Shown here: piece after piece, positions 18,061-27,438 of the stretch | Layout of the letters: every line of letters starts with the position of its first letter | How positions within the stretch are numbered: position 1 is the stretch's first letter | Source: Candidatus Shapirobacteria bacterium | Lineage (GTDB): Bacteria; Patescibacteriota; Microgenomatia; UBA12405 | NCBI GenBank assembly: GCA_041665485.1 | Contig: JBAYIT010000001.1 | Span: 73,884 to 137,883, forward strand | Length of the DNA: 64,000 bases | Direction of reading: 5' to 3' | The notes under the pieces: model-generated | The model's input: only the letters and a program-made list of their open reading frames with translations | What the model was told of the DNA's origin: nothing | The model's database searches: none | Made by a program: the position numbers and the translations under genes

Positions 18061-18873
18061 ATGGACATAAAAACAATATTGGATAAATATGGGATTAAGC
18101 CGGATCCGCAGAAGGACCAGTTCTTTTTGACTGATGAGGAAATAATTGAAAAGACGGTGAAGGTGGCTGATATTAATGAAGATGACACAGTGCTAGAAAT
18201 TGGTGCAGGACTGGGAAACTTAACGACCGAATTGGCAAAAAAGGCTAAAAGAGTAATAAGTTTTGAAATTGACAGAGCGTTTGAGCCAATATTGAGCCAA
18301 CTACCCAAAAACGTAGAAACACATTTCGAAAATGCCTGGGAATATGTGCAACTTCATGGTAAATGGAGGAAAACTAAAGAATACAACAAGGTGGTGGCTA
18401 ATATCCCCTATTCTTTTGCCGAACAATTGTTACATAATTTCACCTTTTTGATGTATGACAAAATAGTTTTGTTGGTGCCAAAAAAATTTTTGGGGAGTGT
18501 TAAAAGACATGGTATTTTTAGCTCGTTTTTTGAACCAAAACTGATACTGGAGGTGGATAGAACAAAATTTTTCCCGGTGCCACGAACCGATTCGGTTTTG
18601 ATTGATTTGGTTAAATTGCCCGACCCTTTGAAAAACAGGGATTTGGCCTTATTTTTAAGGCAGTATGTATATCAACACGAAGATCAAAAAGTTAGAAATT
18701 CATTAATGGAGGGAATAATTACTTACAAATGGTTAGCGTTGGAAGAAACAATGACGAAAAACGAGGCGAGAAAAATGGTTAAAGATAGTGGAATTGATTT
18801 AAATTTATTAGAAACTCAACCCGGTGATAAAATTTATGAAGAAATTAGTAGGGTTAAGTGGATGGTAGACTAA
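18061..18873 (+). CDS. rRNA adenine dimethyltransferase family (KsgA/Erm-like) paralog B
   Basis: Roughly 60% identical by eye to the protein at 2236-3042. Shares 'DQFFLTDEEII', 'VLEIGAGLGNLT', 'ANIPYSFAEQLL' and 'FFPVPRTDSVLIDL'. Confidence 0.65.
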   Translation: MDIKTILDKYGIKPDPQKDQFFLTDEEIIEKTVKVADINEDDTVLEIGAGLGNLTTELAKKAKRVISFEIDRAFEPILSQLPKNVETHFENAWEYVQLHGKWRKTKEYNKVVANIPYSFAEQLLHNFTFLMYDKIVLLVPKKFLGSVKRHGIFSSFFEPKLILEVDRTKFFPVPRTDSVLIDLVKLPDPLKNRDLALFLRQYVYQHEDQKVRNSLMEGIITYKWLALEETMTKNEARKMVKDSGIDLNLLETQPGDKIYEEISRVKWMVD

Positions 18874-18876
18874 ATT

Positions 18877-19218
18877 ATGAAGAAATTTTTGAAAGGATTT
18901 GAATATGCAGGGAAAGGAGTAATGGAGGGATTTGGAGGGAGAAATATGAAGATTCACGGAATAATCGGAGTATCGGTGATATTGGTTGGATTAGCGATGG
19001 GGCTGGAGAGGTGGGAGTGGGTGGCAGTATTTTTGGCGATTGGATTGGTGATGGGGGCAGAGCTCTTTAACAGCAGTATTGAGGAATTAGCCAACGTGGT
19101 GAGAGACGAAAACAAATTGGCTTACGAGGCAACCAGAAAAGTCCGAGATTTGGCGGCGGGGGCAGTGCTGGTGGCGGCAATTATGGCGGGTATTGTGGGT
19201 ATAGTAGTCCTTCTTTAA
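18877..19218 (+). CDS. dgkA: diacylglycerol / undecaprenol kinase
   Basis: 'GAELFNSSIEELAN' DgkA signature and three TM segments. 113 aa. Confidence 0.75.
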   Translation: MKKFLKGFEYAGKGVMEGFGGRNMKIHGIIGVSVILVGLAMGLERWEWVAVFLAIGLVMGAELFNSSIEELANVVRDENKLAYEATRKVRDLAAGAVLVAAIMAGIVGIVVLL

Positions 19219-19280
19219 ACAACTTGTTGACAACTAAAGGCGCGTGTTTATAATTAATCTATTACAGCTGTAGTAGATAT

Positions 19281-20297
19281 ATGACACTATCAATCTGGAA
19301 AATAAAAGAAGAAAAATTTCCTCAAAAAGGAAAGTTGGAGGCCAAGATAAAATTTTTGTTAAATTACGCTATTTTGGCACCGTCGGGGCATAATTCCCAA
19401 CCATGGAAATTCAAAATTGAGGATAATACCCTATCGGTTTACGCCGATTTAACCAGAGAAAGGAAAGGAGTTGACCCGAATAATCGCGAACTTTATATAA
19501 GTGTGGGGTGCGCTATTGCCAATATTGAGGTGGCAGCTAAGCATTTTGGGCTAATATGGGAAGAAGAGTGGTGGCCAAAAGCGGTGGAACCAACACTAGT
19601 GGTTGTTTATAAATTTGTTGAGGGAAAAAAAGTTTGGGGCCAGAAAAAAGAACTTTTAAAAGCCATAAGTCAGCGGTCAACTTTTAGAGAAAAATTTGAG
19701 CCAAAAAAGTTAAAAGTTTCAGACAAGCAAAAATTAATGAAATCTGGCCGTGGCGATGGAGCGGAAATAGTTTGGACGAACAATAGTAATAAAGAAAAAT
19801 TGGCGGATTTGATTGAACGAGCCCAAAAAATATGGTTCAGAAGCCGAAAACTAACAGAGGAATTAGAACTTTGGATCAGAAAAGATTTACACGGATTAGG
19901 AGCGGATAAAAAGAAACGAGATATTATAAACCTAAGTAATTTTTCCAATGGATTGAAAGATTTTTTAAGTCATGATTTTGCTGATATAGACAGGAGGGCG
20001 GGGAGAGATAAACAGTGGGCACTGGAAGCCCCAGTATTGGGAGTATTGGTGACAACTAAAGATCACAGAAGGGCGTGGGTGGAGGCGGGAGTGCTGTACC
20101 AAAAAGTAGCATTAGAGGCTGTTGGGCTGGGAATTCAAATTGGGTTTTTCAACTCGGTGGCCGAATTGCCAAAAAAGAGGGCGGAATTGGCACTACTTCT
20201 GAAGAAAAACTGGTGGCCGCAGTTGGTGCTCCGCGCCGGTTATGCAAAGTCGGCTCCCCATAGTCCGAGGAGGGTGGTGGAGGAGGTGTTGGTGTAG
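19281..20297 (+). CDS. nitroreductase-family protein (two-domain)
   Basis: 'ILAPSGHNSQPWKF' nitroreductase motif. 338 aa. Confidence 0.55.
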   Translation: MTLSIWKIKEEKFPQKGKLEAKIKFLLNYAILAPSGHNSQPWKFKIEDNTLSVYADLTRERKGVDPNNRELYISVGCAIANIEVAAKHFGLIWEEEWWPKAVEPTLVVVYKFVEGKKVWGQKKELLKAISQRSTFREKFEPKKLKVSDKQKLMKSGRGDGAEIVWTNNSNKEKLADLIERAQKIWFRSRKLTEELELWIRKDLHGLGADKKKRDIINLSNFSNGLKDFLSHDFADIDRRAGRDKQWALEAPVLGVLVTTKDHRRAWVEAGVLYQKVALEAVGLGIQIGFFNSVAELPKKRAELALLLKKNWWPQLVLRAGYAKSAPHSPRRVVEEVLV

Positions 20298-20309
20298 TAG
20301 ACTAATGTA

Positions 20310-20957
20310 ATGTTGTATGTATTGCTTCTTGTTGTTTGTGGGTGGTTCATCTGGAGAAATAGAAGGACGAAATTTACAAGGCTTGTCTTACTTATCTGGT
20401 TATTACTTTGGATATTATTCTTCAGCTTTTTGTTTTTATTTAAAAAAAATATCTTAATGAGGTGGCAACCTGACCGTAAGTGTGAGCCTACACCAGTACC
20501 CGGGGCGTTGATAATTGAGTTTTATGACAATACTAGTTACGAAGAAGTGAAAAGTTTATTGCAATCATTCGAAATTTCTACAAAAGATATTGAAAGGGAA
20601 ACATTTATGAATGTGACAGTTAAGGCAAATTTTGTCAGCGAAACTAATATAGGAACAGATTTTGAAAGGGTAGTGAGTGAAATAGAAAGAGACGAAAGGG
20701 TGGAGAGAACAATCGGGAATGCTTCTATTTCAAATGAACTAACAGTAGTTTTTAAACCTCAGGCTAAGGTAACCAGACGTGAGACTGATTTGTTTTTGGA
20801 AAGCTTGGGTTTTAAGGTGATTGATTTTATGCGTGATAATTTTGCAGGAATCAATGTTCCCATCGGGAAAGAGGAGCAGTTTACGAACACTTTTAGAGCT
20901 AATAGCATGGTCAAGTCAGTCTCGAATGATATGTATTTATGTTTAGATTTTAATTAG
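20310..20957 (+). CDS. hypothetical membrane-anchored protein
   Basis: N-terminal TM helices followed by a soluble domain. No motif recognised. Confidence 0.4.
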   Translation: MLYVLLLVVCGWFIWRNRRTKFTRLVLLIWLLLWILFFSFLFLFKKNILMRWQPDRKCEPTPVPGALIIEFYDNTSYEEVKSLLQSFEISTKDIERETFMNVTVKANFVSETNIGTDFERVVSEIERDERVERTIGNASISNELTVVFKPQAKVTRRETDLFLESLGFKVIDFMRDNFAGINVPIGKEEQFTNTFRANSMVKSVSNDMYLCLDFN

Positions 20958-20998
20958 CAGTCGTTGACAGAGAGTGCTAAGTTGGTTAAAATAGTGGC

Positions 20999-23476
20999 AT
21001 GAACCAGCCACAATTTAGCCAACTAACACAGGAGACATTAGTAAGGGCGATGGAAAAAGCCCGAGAGTTAAAAAACTCGAATGTTGAGGAAATTCATCTA
21101 GTATGGGCACTAAAAAATGCCGAAGGAGTGGGGCAGGAATTGTTGAAAGAAATTGATGGAGAGAAGGTTGAAGAAAAATTAAAATCTCTGCCAGTGGTTG
21201 AGAACCAAGTTGAACCACAGATGTCCCCTGCCCTACAAAAAATAATCGGAGTGGCGGTGAGAAAATCTCAAGAACTGGGTGATAATTATGTGCCACAGGA
21301 AATGCTGGTGTGGGGACTAGTGGAAAGCGGAGGCGAGAGTCTTGACAAAGAAAAAGTCAAGAATGCAATAATGGATATGAGAGGAGGCAAAAAAATGGAA
21401 AGCGAAAATGGCGAGTCAAGCTATAAAGCACTGGAAAAATATACGACTGATTTAACGGCCTTGGCCAAAAGTGGCAAAGTGGACCCGGTAGTGGGAAGAG
21501 AAGAGGAGATTAGAAGGGTAACCCAAGTTTTATCGAGGCGAACAAAAAACAACCCGGTGTTGGTGGGCGAGCCGGGGGTGGGAAAAACAGCGATTGTAGA
21601 AGGACTAGCTTACCGAATAATTAATGGCGACGTGCCGGAATCGCTAAAAAATAAAAAGATAGTGGCGCTGGAAATGTCGTCCTTGCTAGCCGGGGCCAAA
21701 TACCGGGGGGAGTTTGAAGAAAGATTGAAAAATGTAATCAATGAAGTGGTTAAAGCCGAGGGTAAAGTGATTTTGTTTATCGATGAATTGCACACTCTAG
21801 TGGGGGCAGGGGGAGCAGAGGGGGCGGTGGATGCGGCCAACATGCTAAAGCCGGGCCTGGCCCGGGGAACATTGCGAGTGATTGGAGCAACAACATTAAA
21901 TGAATATCGGAAATATATTGAAAAAGATGCGGCGTTGGAGAGAAGATTTCAACCGGTGTTAGTAGGCGAGCCGACAGTGGAGGACACGATTTCAATTTTA
22001 CGAGGGATTAAGGAAAAATACGAAGTTCATCATGGAATAAAAATTACCGATAGTGCCCTGGTGGCGGCAGCTAAATTGTCGGAGAGATACATTCGGGATA
22101 GATTTTTACCAGATAAAGCAATTGATTTGGTAGATGAGGCGGCCTCGGGATTAAGGATTCAAATGGAGAGTAGCCCGACAGAAATTGATGGCCTAGAAAG
22201 GCTGGCCAGACAGCTGGAAATTGAGGAAAAGGCGATAAGCAAGGAAAAGAGTGACGAATCAAAAAAAAGATTAGAGGAAATTAGAAAAGAACTAGGAGAA
22301 AAACGAGAAGAGCTAAATAAATTAATGACAAGATGGAAAGAGCAAAAAGAAAAATTAACACTAGTGAAGGAAAGCCGGGAAAAACTTGATCAACTAAGGG
22401 GAAAATTAGAAGAGGCGGAGAGAAATTTAGAGCTTGATAAGGCAGCGGAAATTAAATATGGGGAAATTCCGGCGGTAGAAAAAAAATTAAAGGAGGCGGA
22501 GGAAGGGTGGAAACAGATCAAAGAAAGTGAGCGGTTAATTAAACAGGAGGTGGGGGAGGAAGAAATAGCCAAAGTGGTGGGAAGATGGACAGGAATTCCA
22601 GCATCGAGAATGATGGAGACAGAAAATCAAAAACTTAGAAACCTAGAAACAGAGATGGAAAAACGGGTGGTGGGGCAAGAAGAGGCAGTTAAGGCGGTGG
22701 CCAACGCAGTGCGAAGGTCGAGATTACATCTTGGGGAAAGCAATAAGCCGGCGACTTTTTTGTTTTTAGGGCCAACCGGAGTGGGAAAGACGGAAACTGC
22801 CAAAGCGCTGGCAGAAGAGTTGTTTAACGACGAAAAAGCCTTAATTAGGGTGGATATGAGTGAATATGGCGAGCAACACAGCCTAGCAAGAATGATCGGG
22901 TCGCCCCCGGGGTATGTTGGTTATGATGAGGGCGGGCAATTAACCGAGGCAGTAAGGCGAAAACCATATAGTGTAATACTGCTTGATGAAATTGAAAAAG
23001 CGCATCCGCTGGTTTTTAATATATTTTTACAGGTATTTGATGACGGACGATTAACCGATGGTAAGGGAAAAACGGTCGATTTTTCCAACTGTGTCATTAT
23101 AATGACCTCAAACTTAGCCGAAGACGAGGTGGATAAGGTGTTGCGACCGGAATTTATTAACCGGATTGACAGAATAATTGTCTTTAACAGTTTGAGTGAA
23201 AAAGATTTGGTGAAAATTGTGGAGATTCAAATAAAAAGACTAATGGAAAGACTAAAGGAGCAGGGAGTGGTGCTAACAATAACTGATGAAGTAAAAAAAT
23301 ATTTAGCAAAAAATGGATTTGACAAGGTGTTTGGAGCCAGACCATTAAAACGATTGATTGAAATGGAAATTACCGATAAAGTGGCAATGCTATTGTTGGA
23401 CAAGGAAGAGAGTGAAATTAGTGGCATGGTGGCGGAGATTAAAAACGGGAAAATTGTGGTGGAGTTGGGGGATTGA
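20999..23476 (+). CDS. clpB: ATP-dependent chaperone ClpB
   Basis: Two AAA+ modules ('[15 protein letters not shown]' and '[15 protein letters not shown]'), a coiled-coil middle domain and a Clp N-domain. Confidence 0.9.
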   Translation: MNQPQFSQLTQETLVRAMEKARELKNSNVEEIHLVWALKNAEGVGQELLKEIDGEKVEEKLKSLPVVENQVEPQMSPALQKIIGVAVRKSQELGDNYVPQEMLVWGLVESGGESLDKEKVKNAIMDMRGGKKMESENGESSYKALEKYTTDLTALAKSGKVDPVVGREEEIRRVTQVLSRRTKNNPVLVGEPGVGKTAIVEGLAYRIINGDVPESLKNKKIVALEMSSLLAGAKYRGEFEERLKNVINEVVKAEGKVILFIDELHTLVGAGGAEGAVDAANMLKPGLARGTLRVIGATTLNEYRKYIEKDAALERRFQPVLVGEPTVEDTISILRGIKEKYEVHHGIKITDSALVAAAKLSERYIRDRFLPDKAIDLVDEAASGLRIQMESSPTEIDGLERLARQLEIEEKAISKEKSDESKKRLEEIRKELGEKREELNKLMTRWKEQKEKLTLVKESREKLDQLRGKLEEAERNLELDKAAEIKYGEIPAVEKKLKEAEEGWKQIKESERLIKQEVGEEEIAKVVGRWTGIPASRMMETENQKLRNLETEMEKRVVGQEEAVKAVANAVRRSRLHLGESNKPATFLFLGPTGVGKTETAKALAEELFNDEKALIRVDMSEYGEQHSLARMIGSPPGYVGYDEGGQLTEAVRRKPYSVILLDEIEKAHPLVFNIFLQVFDDGRLTDGKGKTVDFSNCVIIMTSNLAEDEVDKVLRPEFINRIDRIIVFNSLSEKDLVKIVEIQIKRLMERLKEQGVVLTITDEVKKYLAKNGFDKVFGARPLKRLIEMEITDKVAMLLLDKEESEISGMVAEIKNGKIVVELGD

Positions 23477-23478
23477 TT

Positions 23479-23513
23479 CAGTTAACAGTTACGAGTTATC
23501 GGTTACGAGTTGA
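23479..23513. repeat. heptamer tandem array (CAGTTAA CAGTTAC GAGTTAT CGGTTAC GAGTTGA)
   Basis: Five degenerate 7-mers directly after the clpB stop. A near-identical array lies at 63362-63389. Confidence 0.6.
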
Positions 23514-23544
23514 TCTAGTTTGCGATAAAATAGCGAGTAGTTTA

Positions 23545-23632
23545 GTCTCCGTAGTTCAATGGACCCGCCTACGTTGAAACTTCGGCGGGCAAGTAGAATA
23601 GACTACAGAGGCAGAAGCTAACTTGGACAAGT
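23545..23632 (+). other. partial duplicate of the 5' 28 nt of tRNA-Arg(CCG), interrupted by a 30-nt GC hairpin
   Basis: GTCTCCGTAGTTCAATGGA-[CCCGCCTACGTTGAAACTTCGGCGGGCAAG]-TAGAATAG matches the tRNA 5' end at 23633 (GTCCCCGTAGTTCAATTGGATAGAATAG), then diverges. Confidence 0.55.
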
Positions 23633-23706
23633 TGTCCCCGTAGTTCAATTGGATAGAATAGTGGCCTCCGAAGCCATTGATTCGGGTTCAACTCCCGACG
23701 GGGATA
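23633..23706 (+). tRNA. tRNA-Arg(CCG): tRNA-Arg (anticodon CCG)
   Basis: Acceptor GTCCCCG/CGGGGAT, anticodon stem GTGGC/GCCAT with loop CTCCGAA, T-arm TCGGG-TTCAACT-CCCGA. Confidence 0.8.
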
Positions 23707-23709
23707 CTG

Positions 23710-24912
23710 ATGAAAAAATTATTGTTGATGTGGTTTCCGGGGGCAGAAAGAGAACAGGTGAGGTGGTATTATCTGACCTCAATTTTGTTGGATGTTTGGT
23801 TTGTAGAGGCAATTTGGTATTTTTATTGGGGAAAATTTGGCAGTTATCAGAGTGTGGGCTTGGTTTTTTCGGTATTGACGGCAATTTGGGTGATATTAGA
23901 AATTCCAACTGGATTATTTGCTGACAGATTTGGAAGGAGAAAGTCGACAGTTCTGGGGGCGGGTATTATGGCAGTCGGAGCGGTGGTGGTGGCTGGTGCT
24001 CAGAATATGGCTTGGTTGGCGGTTGGTGGCCTAATGGAAAACGTGGGTAGAGCCTTTATCTCTGGGGCGATTGACGCCTTGGTCTACGAAGATATAAAGG
24101 CGGGGGGCGGAGATTATGACAAACTCTATGGCAAAGTTGCAGCAGCAAAGGTAAGGGGACAAATAGCAATATATAGCTTATCGGTAGTGACTGGTGGATT
24201 TTTGTTTTCGGTTTATTTTAGATTGGCTCATATCTTGCAGGCAATTGTAATTGCGGCAGCCTTCTTGGCCAGCCGGCAACTGAAAGAAGTGGAAACCAAA
24301 TTAAGCTCGGGAGAGAGGATAGATTATGTAGCTGGGTTTAAACAATTGGCAACTAAAAAAATGAGGGGGTATCTCTTACCATTATTGGGGACAGCGATTT
24401 TGGTGTATTTCTACGATTGGGGGTTATCAAAACCGAATATTGCCCTGAAGTTTGGGTATGGTTACGAGGCCCAGGGTGTAATTTTTGGAATGATGGCAGT
24501 AATTAATGTGATCTTGCTAGGGCAGTTTGGTCGATGGCGAGAAAAGGTTGGTGATTATTGGAACACATACATGACAAATTTTCTTGTTGCCGGTTGTCTG
24601 GTGATGGTGGGGGTAGTAACTGGATATATCGGAATAATTCTGGTTTTATTAATGGAGTTGGCGACTGCTTGGGGAGCAACTATCCAAACAACTGTTATTA
24701 ATAGGCACATTGATTCTAAATATCGGGCAACAACTCTTTCGACATTAGAGTTTGTAACAAAAATTCCTTTTATCTTAACAACGACGATGGTGGGGAGGCT
24801 TATCGATACGGGGAAAATTGACTATTTTCATTTAGCAATTGGTGGAATGGGGTTGGCGGTGGGGTTAATATCACTTATTATTTACAAATCAAATGAGCCG
24901 AACAAAATTTGA
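23710..24912 (+). CDS. MFS-type transporter (paralog 1 of 4)
   Basis: 'LFADRFGRRK' MFS loop motif and about 12 TM segments. Start moved to the ATG after the tRNA. C-terminal 'SKYRATTLSTL' is shared with the paralogs. Confidence 0.6.
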   Translation: MKKLLLMWFPGAEREQVRWYYLTSILLDVWFVEAIWYFYWGKFGSYQSVGLVFSVLTAIWVILEIPTGLFADRFGRRKSTVLGAGIMAVGAVVVAGAQNMAWLAVGGLMENVGRAFISGAIDALVYEDIKAGGGDYDKLYGKVAAAKVRGQIAIYSLSVVTGGFLFSVYFRLAHILQAIVIAAAFLASRQLKEVETKLSSGERIDYVAGFKQLATKKMRGYLLPLLGTAILVYFYDWGLSKPNIALKFGYGYEAQGVIFGMMAVINVILLGQFGRWREKVGDYWNTYMTNFLVAGCLVMVGVVTGYIGIILVLLMELATAWGATIQTTVINRHIDSKYRATTLSTLEFVTKIPFILTTTMVGRLIDTGKIDYFHLAIGGMGLAVGLISLIIYKSNEPNKI

Positions 24913-25351
24913 TGAGGTACTAAAAAATTTGGGGGTAAAATCGGAAATTGTGAGATTTGAGAAGTTGACGCGGACGGCGGTGGAGGCGGCGGAGGCTTTG
25001 GGATGCGAAGTGGCCCAAATTGCTAAATCATTGATTTTTAAGACAAAGGGAAGTGATACTCCCCTGCTTATCATTACCTCTGGGGTAAATAGGGTGGACG
25101 AAAAGGTAATTGCCGGCTTGGGATATGAAATTGAGAAAGCAGATGCCGATTTTGTGTACGAAAAAACGGGGTATGTAATTGGCGGAGTGCCGCCATTTGG
25201 ATTCAAAAGCCCCATAAAAACATTATTTGATAAGGACTTGCTGAAATTTGATGAAGTCTGGGCGGCGGCGGGAGAAAATAACGCGGTGTTTAAAATTGGG
25301 ACAGAAGAACTTATAAAAGTAACCCAAGCAGAGGTGAGTGCGATACAATAA
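24893..25351 (+). CDS. YbaK/ProX-family aminoacyl-tRNA deacylase domain protein
   Basis: 'AKSLIFKTKG' and 'GYVIGGVPPFG' typical of the YbaK/EbsC editing domain. Confidence 0.65.
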   Translation: MSRTKFDEVLKNLGVKSEIVRFEKLTRTAVEAAEALGCEVAQIAKSLIFKTKGSDTPLLIITSGVNRVDEKVIAGLGYEIEKADADFVYEKTGYVIGGVPPFGFKSPIKTLFDKDLLKFDEVWAAAGENNAVFKIGTEELIKVTQAEVSAIQ

Positions 25352-25354
25352 GCA

Positions 25355-25825
25355 ATGGATTATGATGAGAGATCTGCCGGCGGGATCGTTTTTAAAAAGA
25401 GTGATGGACAAATAAAATGGCTTTTAATTAAGACGGCAAATTTTAGACGTGGCAACGACCGAAACTATCAGCCACAGAAAAAGGCGGTGTTTAAGTTTCC
25501 CAAGGGCCACCTACAAAAAGATGAGTTTTTAAAAGAAGCAGCACTAAGAGAGGTGGAGGAAGAGGGGCGAGTGAAAACTAGAATTGTGGCCAAAATCGGG
25601 TCTAATAATTACTTTATTTCCGACAAGCTGACCAAAAAGAAAATAGTTAAAAAAGTGACGTTCTTTTTGATGGAATATGTGGGAGACAGTGAACTTCGCC
25701 ATTTCGATAAGGAAATGGTGATTGACCGGCAATGGCTTGACTATGAAACGGCCTTGGAATTATTGGCATATGATTCGGAAAAAACACTTCTTCGCAAAAC
25801 CAGGCAAAAGCTGGAATCCTTATGA
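25355..25825 (+). CDS. NUDIX hydrolase
   Basis: Nudix box 'GHLQKDEFLKEAALREVEEEGRV'. Confidence 0.75.
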   Translation: MDYDERSAGGIVFKKSDGQIKWLLIKTANFRRGNDRNYQPQKKAVFKFPKGHLQKDEFLKEAALREVEEEGRVKTRIVAKIGSNNYFISDKLTKKKIVKKVTFFLMEYVGDSELRHFDKEMVIDRQWLDYETALELLAYDSEKTLLRKTRQKLESL

Positions 25826-26001
25826 AAATAATAAAAAATAAGGCAAGATCCCCGAGAGAGGGTGTTTTGTCTTTAGCAGGTAGGTTCAAGGTTAAGAATC
25901 CGCTACGAGCCGAAGAAATCAGAAGTCAAGTTGATTGTCTTTGGTTTGAAAAATACAAGACTAATTAGCCTAAAGATTTGATAAAATAGGCTACATCTTT
26001 G

Positions 26002-26077
26002 GAGAAGTCGCACCCGCCTTCGCCAATGGCTTCGGCCGGGCGCAGTAGTGATTCATTGCAAGATGGTTTAACAATTT
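26002..26077 (+). other. partial duplicate of the 5' 27 nt of tRNA-Ser(GGA), interrupted by a 33-nt GC hairpin
   Basis: TTTGGAGAAGTCGCA-[CCCGCCTTCGCCAATGGCTTCGGCCGGGCGCAG]-TAGTGATTCATTGCA, where the tRNA at 26078 reads TTTGGAGAAGTCGCATAGTGGTTCATTGCA. Confidence 0.55.
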
Positions 26078-26165
26078 GGAGAAGTCGCATAGTGGTTCAT
26101 TGCACAGACCTGGAAAGTCTGCGTCCCACAAGGACTCGCGAGTTCGAATCTCGCCTTCTCCGCCA
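26078..26165 (+). tRNA. tRNA-Ser(GGA): tRNA-Ser (anticodon GGA), CCA encoded
   Basis: Acceptor GGAGAAG/CTTCTCC, anticodon stem CAGAC/GTCTG with loop CTGGAAA, long variable arm, T-arm CGAGTTCGAATCTCG, 3' GCCA. Confidence 0.8.
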
Positions 26166-26169
26166 AATT

Positions 26170-27012
26170 ATGTCAAATTCTCAAGGAATTGATTTTTGTT
26201 TATCTCTAAAATTCGGTATGTCATTGAGCATTGTTGCTCGTAAACTTGATCATTTACATGCTGATATAGAATCCTCCTTGATGATGCATAACTTATACGA
26301 GTCATTTAATCCAGAAAACAACAAAACCTACTTTGATGGAAACAAAGAAAGATTAACACAGAGACTACACGATCAGATAACAGACATAAATAGTTTGATT
26401 CGTTTTAATAACAAGTTTATTGCGTTCATTCCGCTAAAACAAAGAATCGTCGTATTGAGTTGGAAGACATTTAGAGAAGTAATAAATGAAAGATTCGAGA
26501 ACAAACTAAGAGATCAAAAGTCTCAAGAATTAGCAAATGAAAATTTAAGATTAAAACTTCAACAACTAGTACAGTTTACACAGAAATCTGTCACAGATTT
26601 TATATCGCATTTAGATGAAGAGAAAAGATTCGAAAAAATTAAATCAATAGGCAAGAAATATGTTAACGGAGTTGATGAATCAATTGATCTATTTTCTTGT
26701 GGATTTTACAATATTTCAATTTTTATAATGGGAAAGACAATTGAATCTGTGATAAATGATCTGCTAAAAAAACTAATAAAAACAAGGAAGATTGAAAATC
26801 TCAATTTAGACGAAGTGAAATATAAAGACAAAATAGGAATATTAAAAGGTTCTAAGTTAATAAATGAAAAGCTATTTCTTGACCTGAATGTAGTCAGGAT
26901 TGACCGCAATTATATTGGTCATCCGTCTCGTAAAAACTTCTCGAGGAATGAGAATAAAATAGCAATAAGCAAAGGATTGTTATTGATAAATGAATTGCAA
27001 AAGAAATTATAA
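26170..27012 (+). CDS. hypothetical protein (coiled-coil rich)
   Basis: The ORF continues upstream through the tRNA. The plausible start is ATG 26170 ('MSNSQGIDF'). No motif recognised. Confidence 0.45.
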   Translation: MSNSQGIDFCLSLKFGMSLSIVARKLDHLHADIESSLMMHNLYESFNPENNKTYFDGNKERLTQRLHDQITDINSLIRFNNKFIAFIPLKQRIVVLSWKTFREVINERFENKLRDQKSQELANENLRLKLQQLVQFTQKSVTDFISHLDEEKRFEKIKSIGKKYVNGVDESIDLFSCGFYNISIFIMGKTIESVINDLLKKLIKTRKIENLNLDEVKYKDKIGILKGSKLINEKLFLDLNVVRIDRNYIGHPSRKNFSRNENKIAISKGLLLINELQKKL

Positions 27013-27055
27013 GGACAGAAAAGTTCCAGACTCATCTGTTCCGCTAAATAAATAT
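27010..27055 (+). repeat. copy 2 of a conserved intergenic motif of about 45 nt (TATAAGGACAGAAARGTTCCAGAC...)
   Basis: About 80% identical to 14279-14326 (TATAAGGACAGAAAGGTTCCAGACCCTAATGCTCCGCCAGATGAATAAA). Both lie just upstream of small genes. Confidence 0.55.
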
Positions 27056-27090
27056 TCAACTTAATTTTACGTATTTTTTTATTATTATAA

Positions 27091-27438
27091 TTGTTTATGG
27101 ACAATAAAGTTTCTGAATATATTGCAAAACAAAAATCGCCGCAGAGAGAAATCTTGATGAAAATAAGAGAATTAATTGCGAGATTGATTCCAGATGCGGA
27201 GGAAAAAATGAGTTATGGAGCCCCGGCTTTTAAATTAAGCGGAAAAACTATTTTATATGCGGCATTTAAAGAACATGTGGGAATTTATCCTGAACCGGAA
27301 ATAATTGAATACTTTAAGAAAGACTTGAAAAATTATAAAACTGCAAAAGGAACCATTAAATTTGATTTAGACAATCCAATTCCTTATGCTTTAATAGAAA
27401 AAATTATTAGTTATAAATACAAAAATGAAATATTGTAA
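27091..27438 (+). CDS. DUF1801 (YdhG-like) domain protein
   Basis: 'SYGAPAFKLSGKTILYAAFKEHVGIYPEPE' is typical of the DUF1801 family. Confidence 0.5.
   Translation: MFMDNKVSEYIAKQKSPQREILMKIRELIARLIPDAEEKMSYGAPAFKLSGKTILYAAFKEHVGIYPEPEIIEYFKKDLKNYKTAKGTIKFDLDNPIPYALIEKIISYKYKNEIL

Noticed and set aside
23677-23709. N-terminal extension of ORF 23677-24912 ('MIRVQLPTGIL')
   Set aside because: It overlaps the 3' half of tRNA-Arg(CCG). The first ATG after the tRNA (23710, 'MKKLLLMWF') is the credible start.
25826-25998. 173-nt intergenic region between the Nudix gene and the tRNA-Ser locus as a possible tmRNA, 6S RNA or other ncRNA
   Set aside because: Only a single 7-bp hairpin (TAGCCTA/TAGGCTA) and weak promoter-like hexamers are visible. 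No recognisable ncRNA signature can be supported without covariance-model searches.
23545-26165. Integrated prophage or genomic island using the tRNA-Arg or tRNA-Ser genes as att sites
   Set aside because: No integrase, excisionase or phage structural genes flank either tRNA. The duplicated segment is the tRNA 5' end and is only about 30 nt. The duplicate and the tRNA are separated by less than 100 nt.
25999-26169. First ~55 codons of ORF 25999-27012 ('MEKSHPPSPMASAGRSSDS...')
   Set aside because: This stretch is the in-frame translation of the partial tRNA copy and the tRNA-Ser(GGA) gene. The protein most likely starts at ATG 26170.
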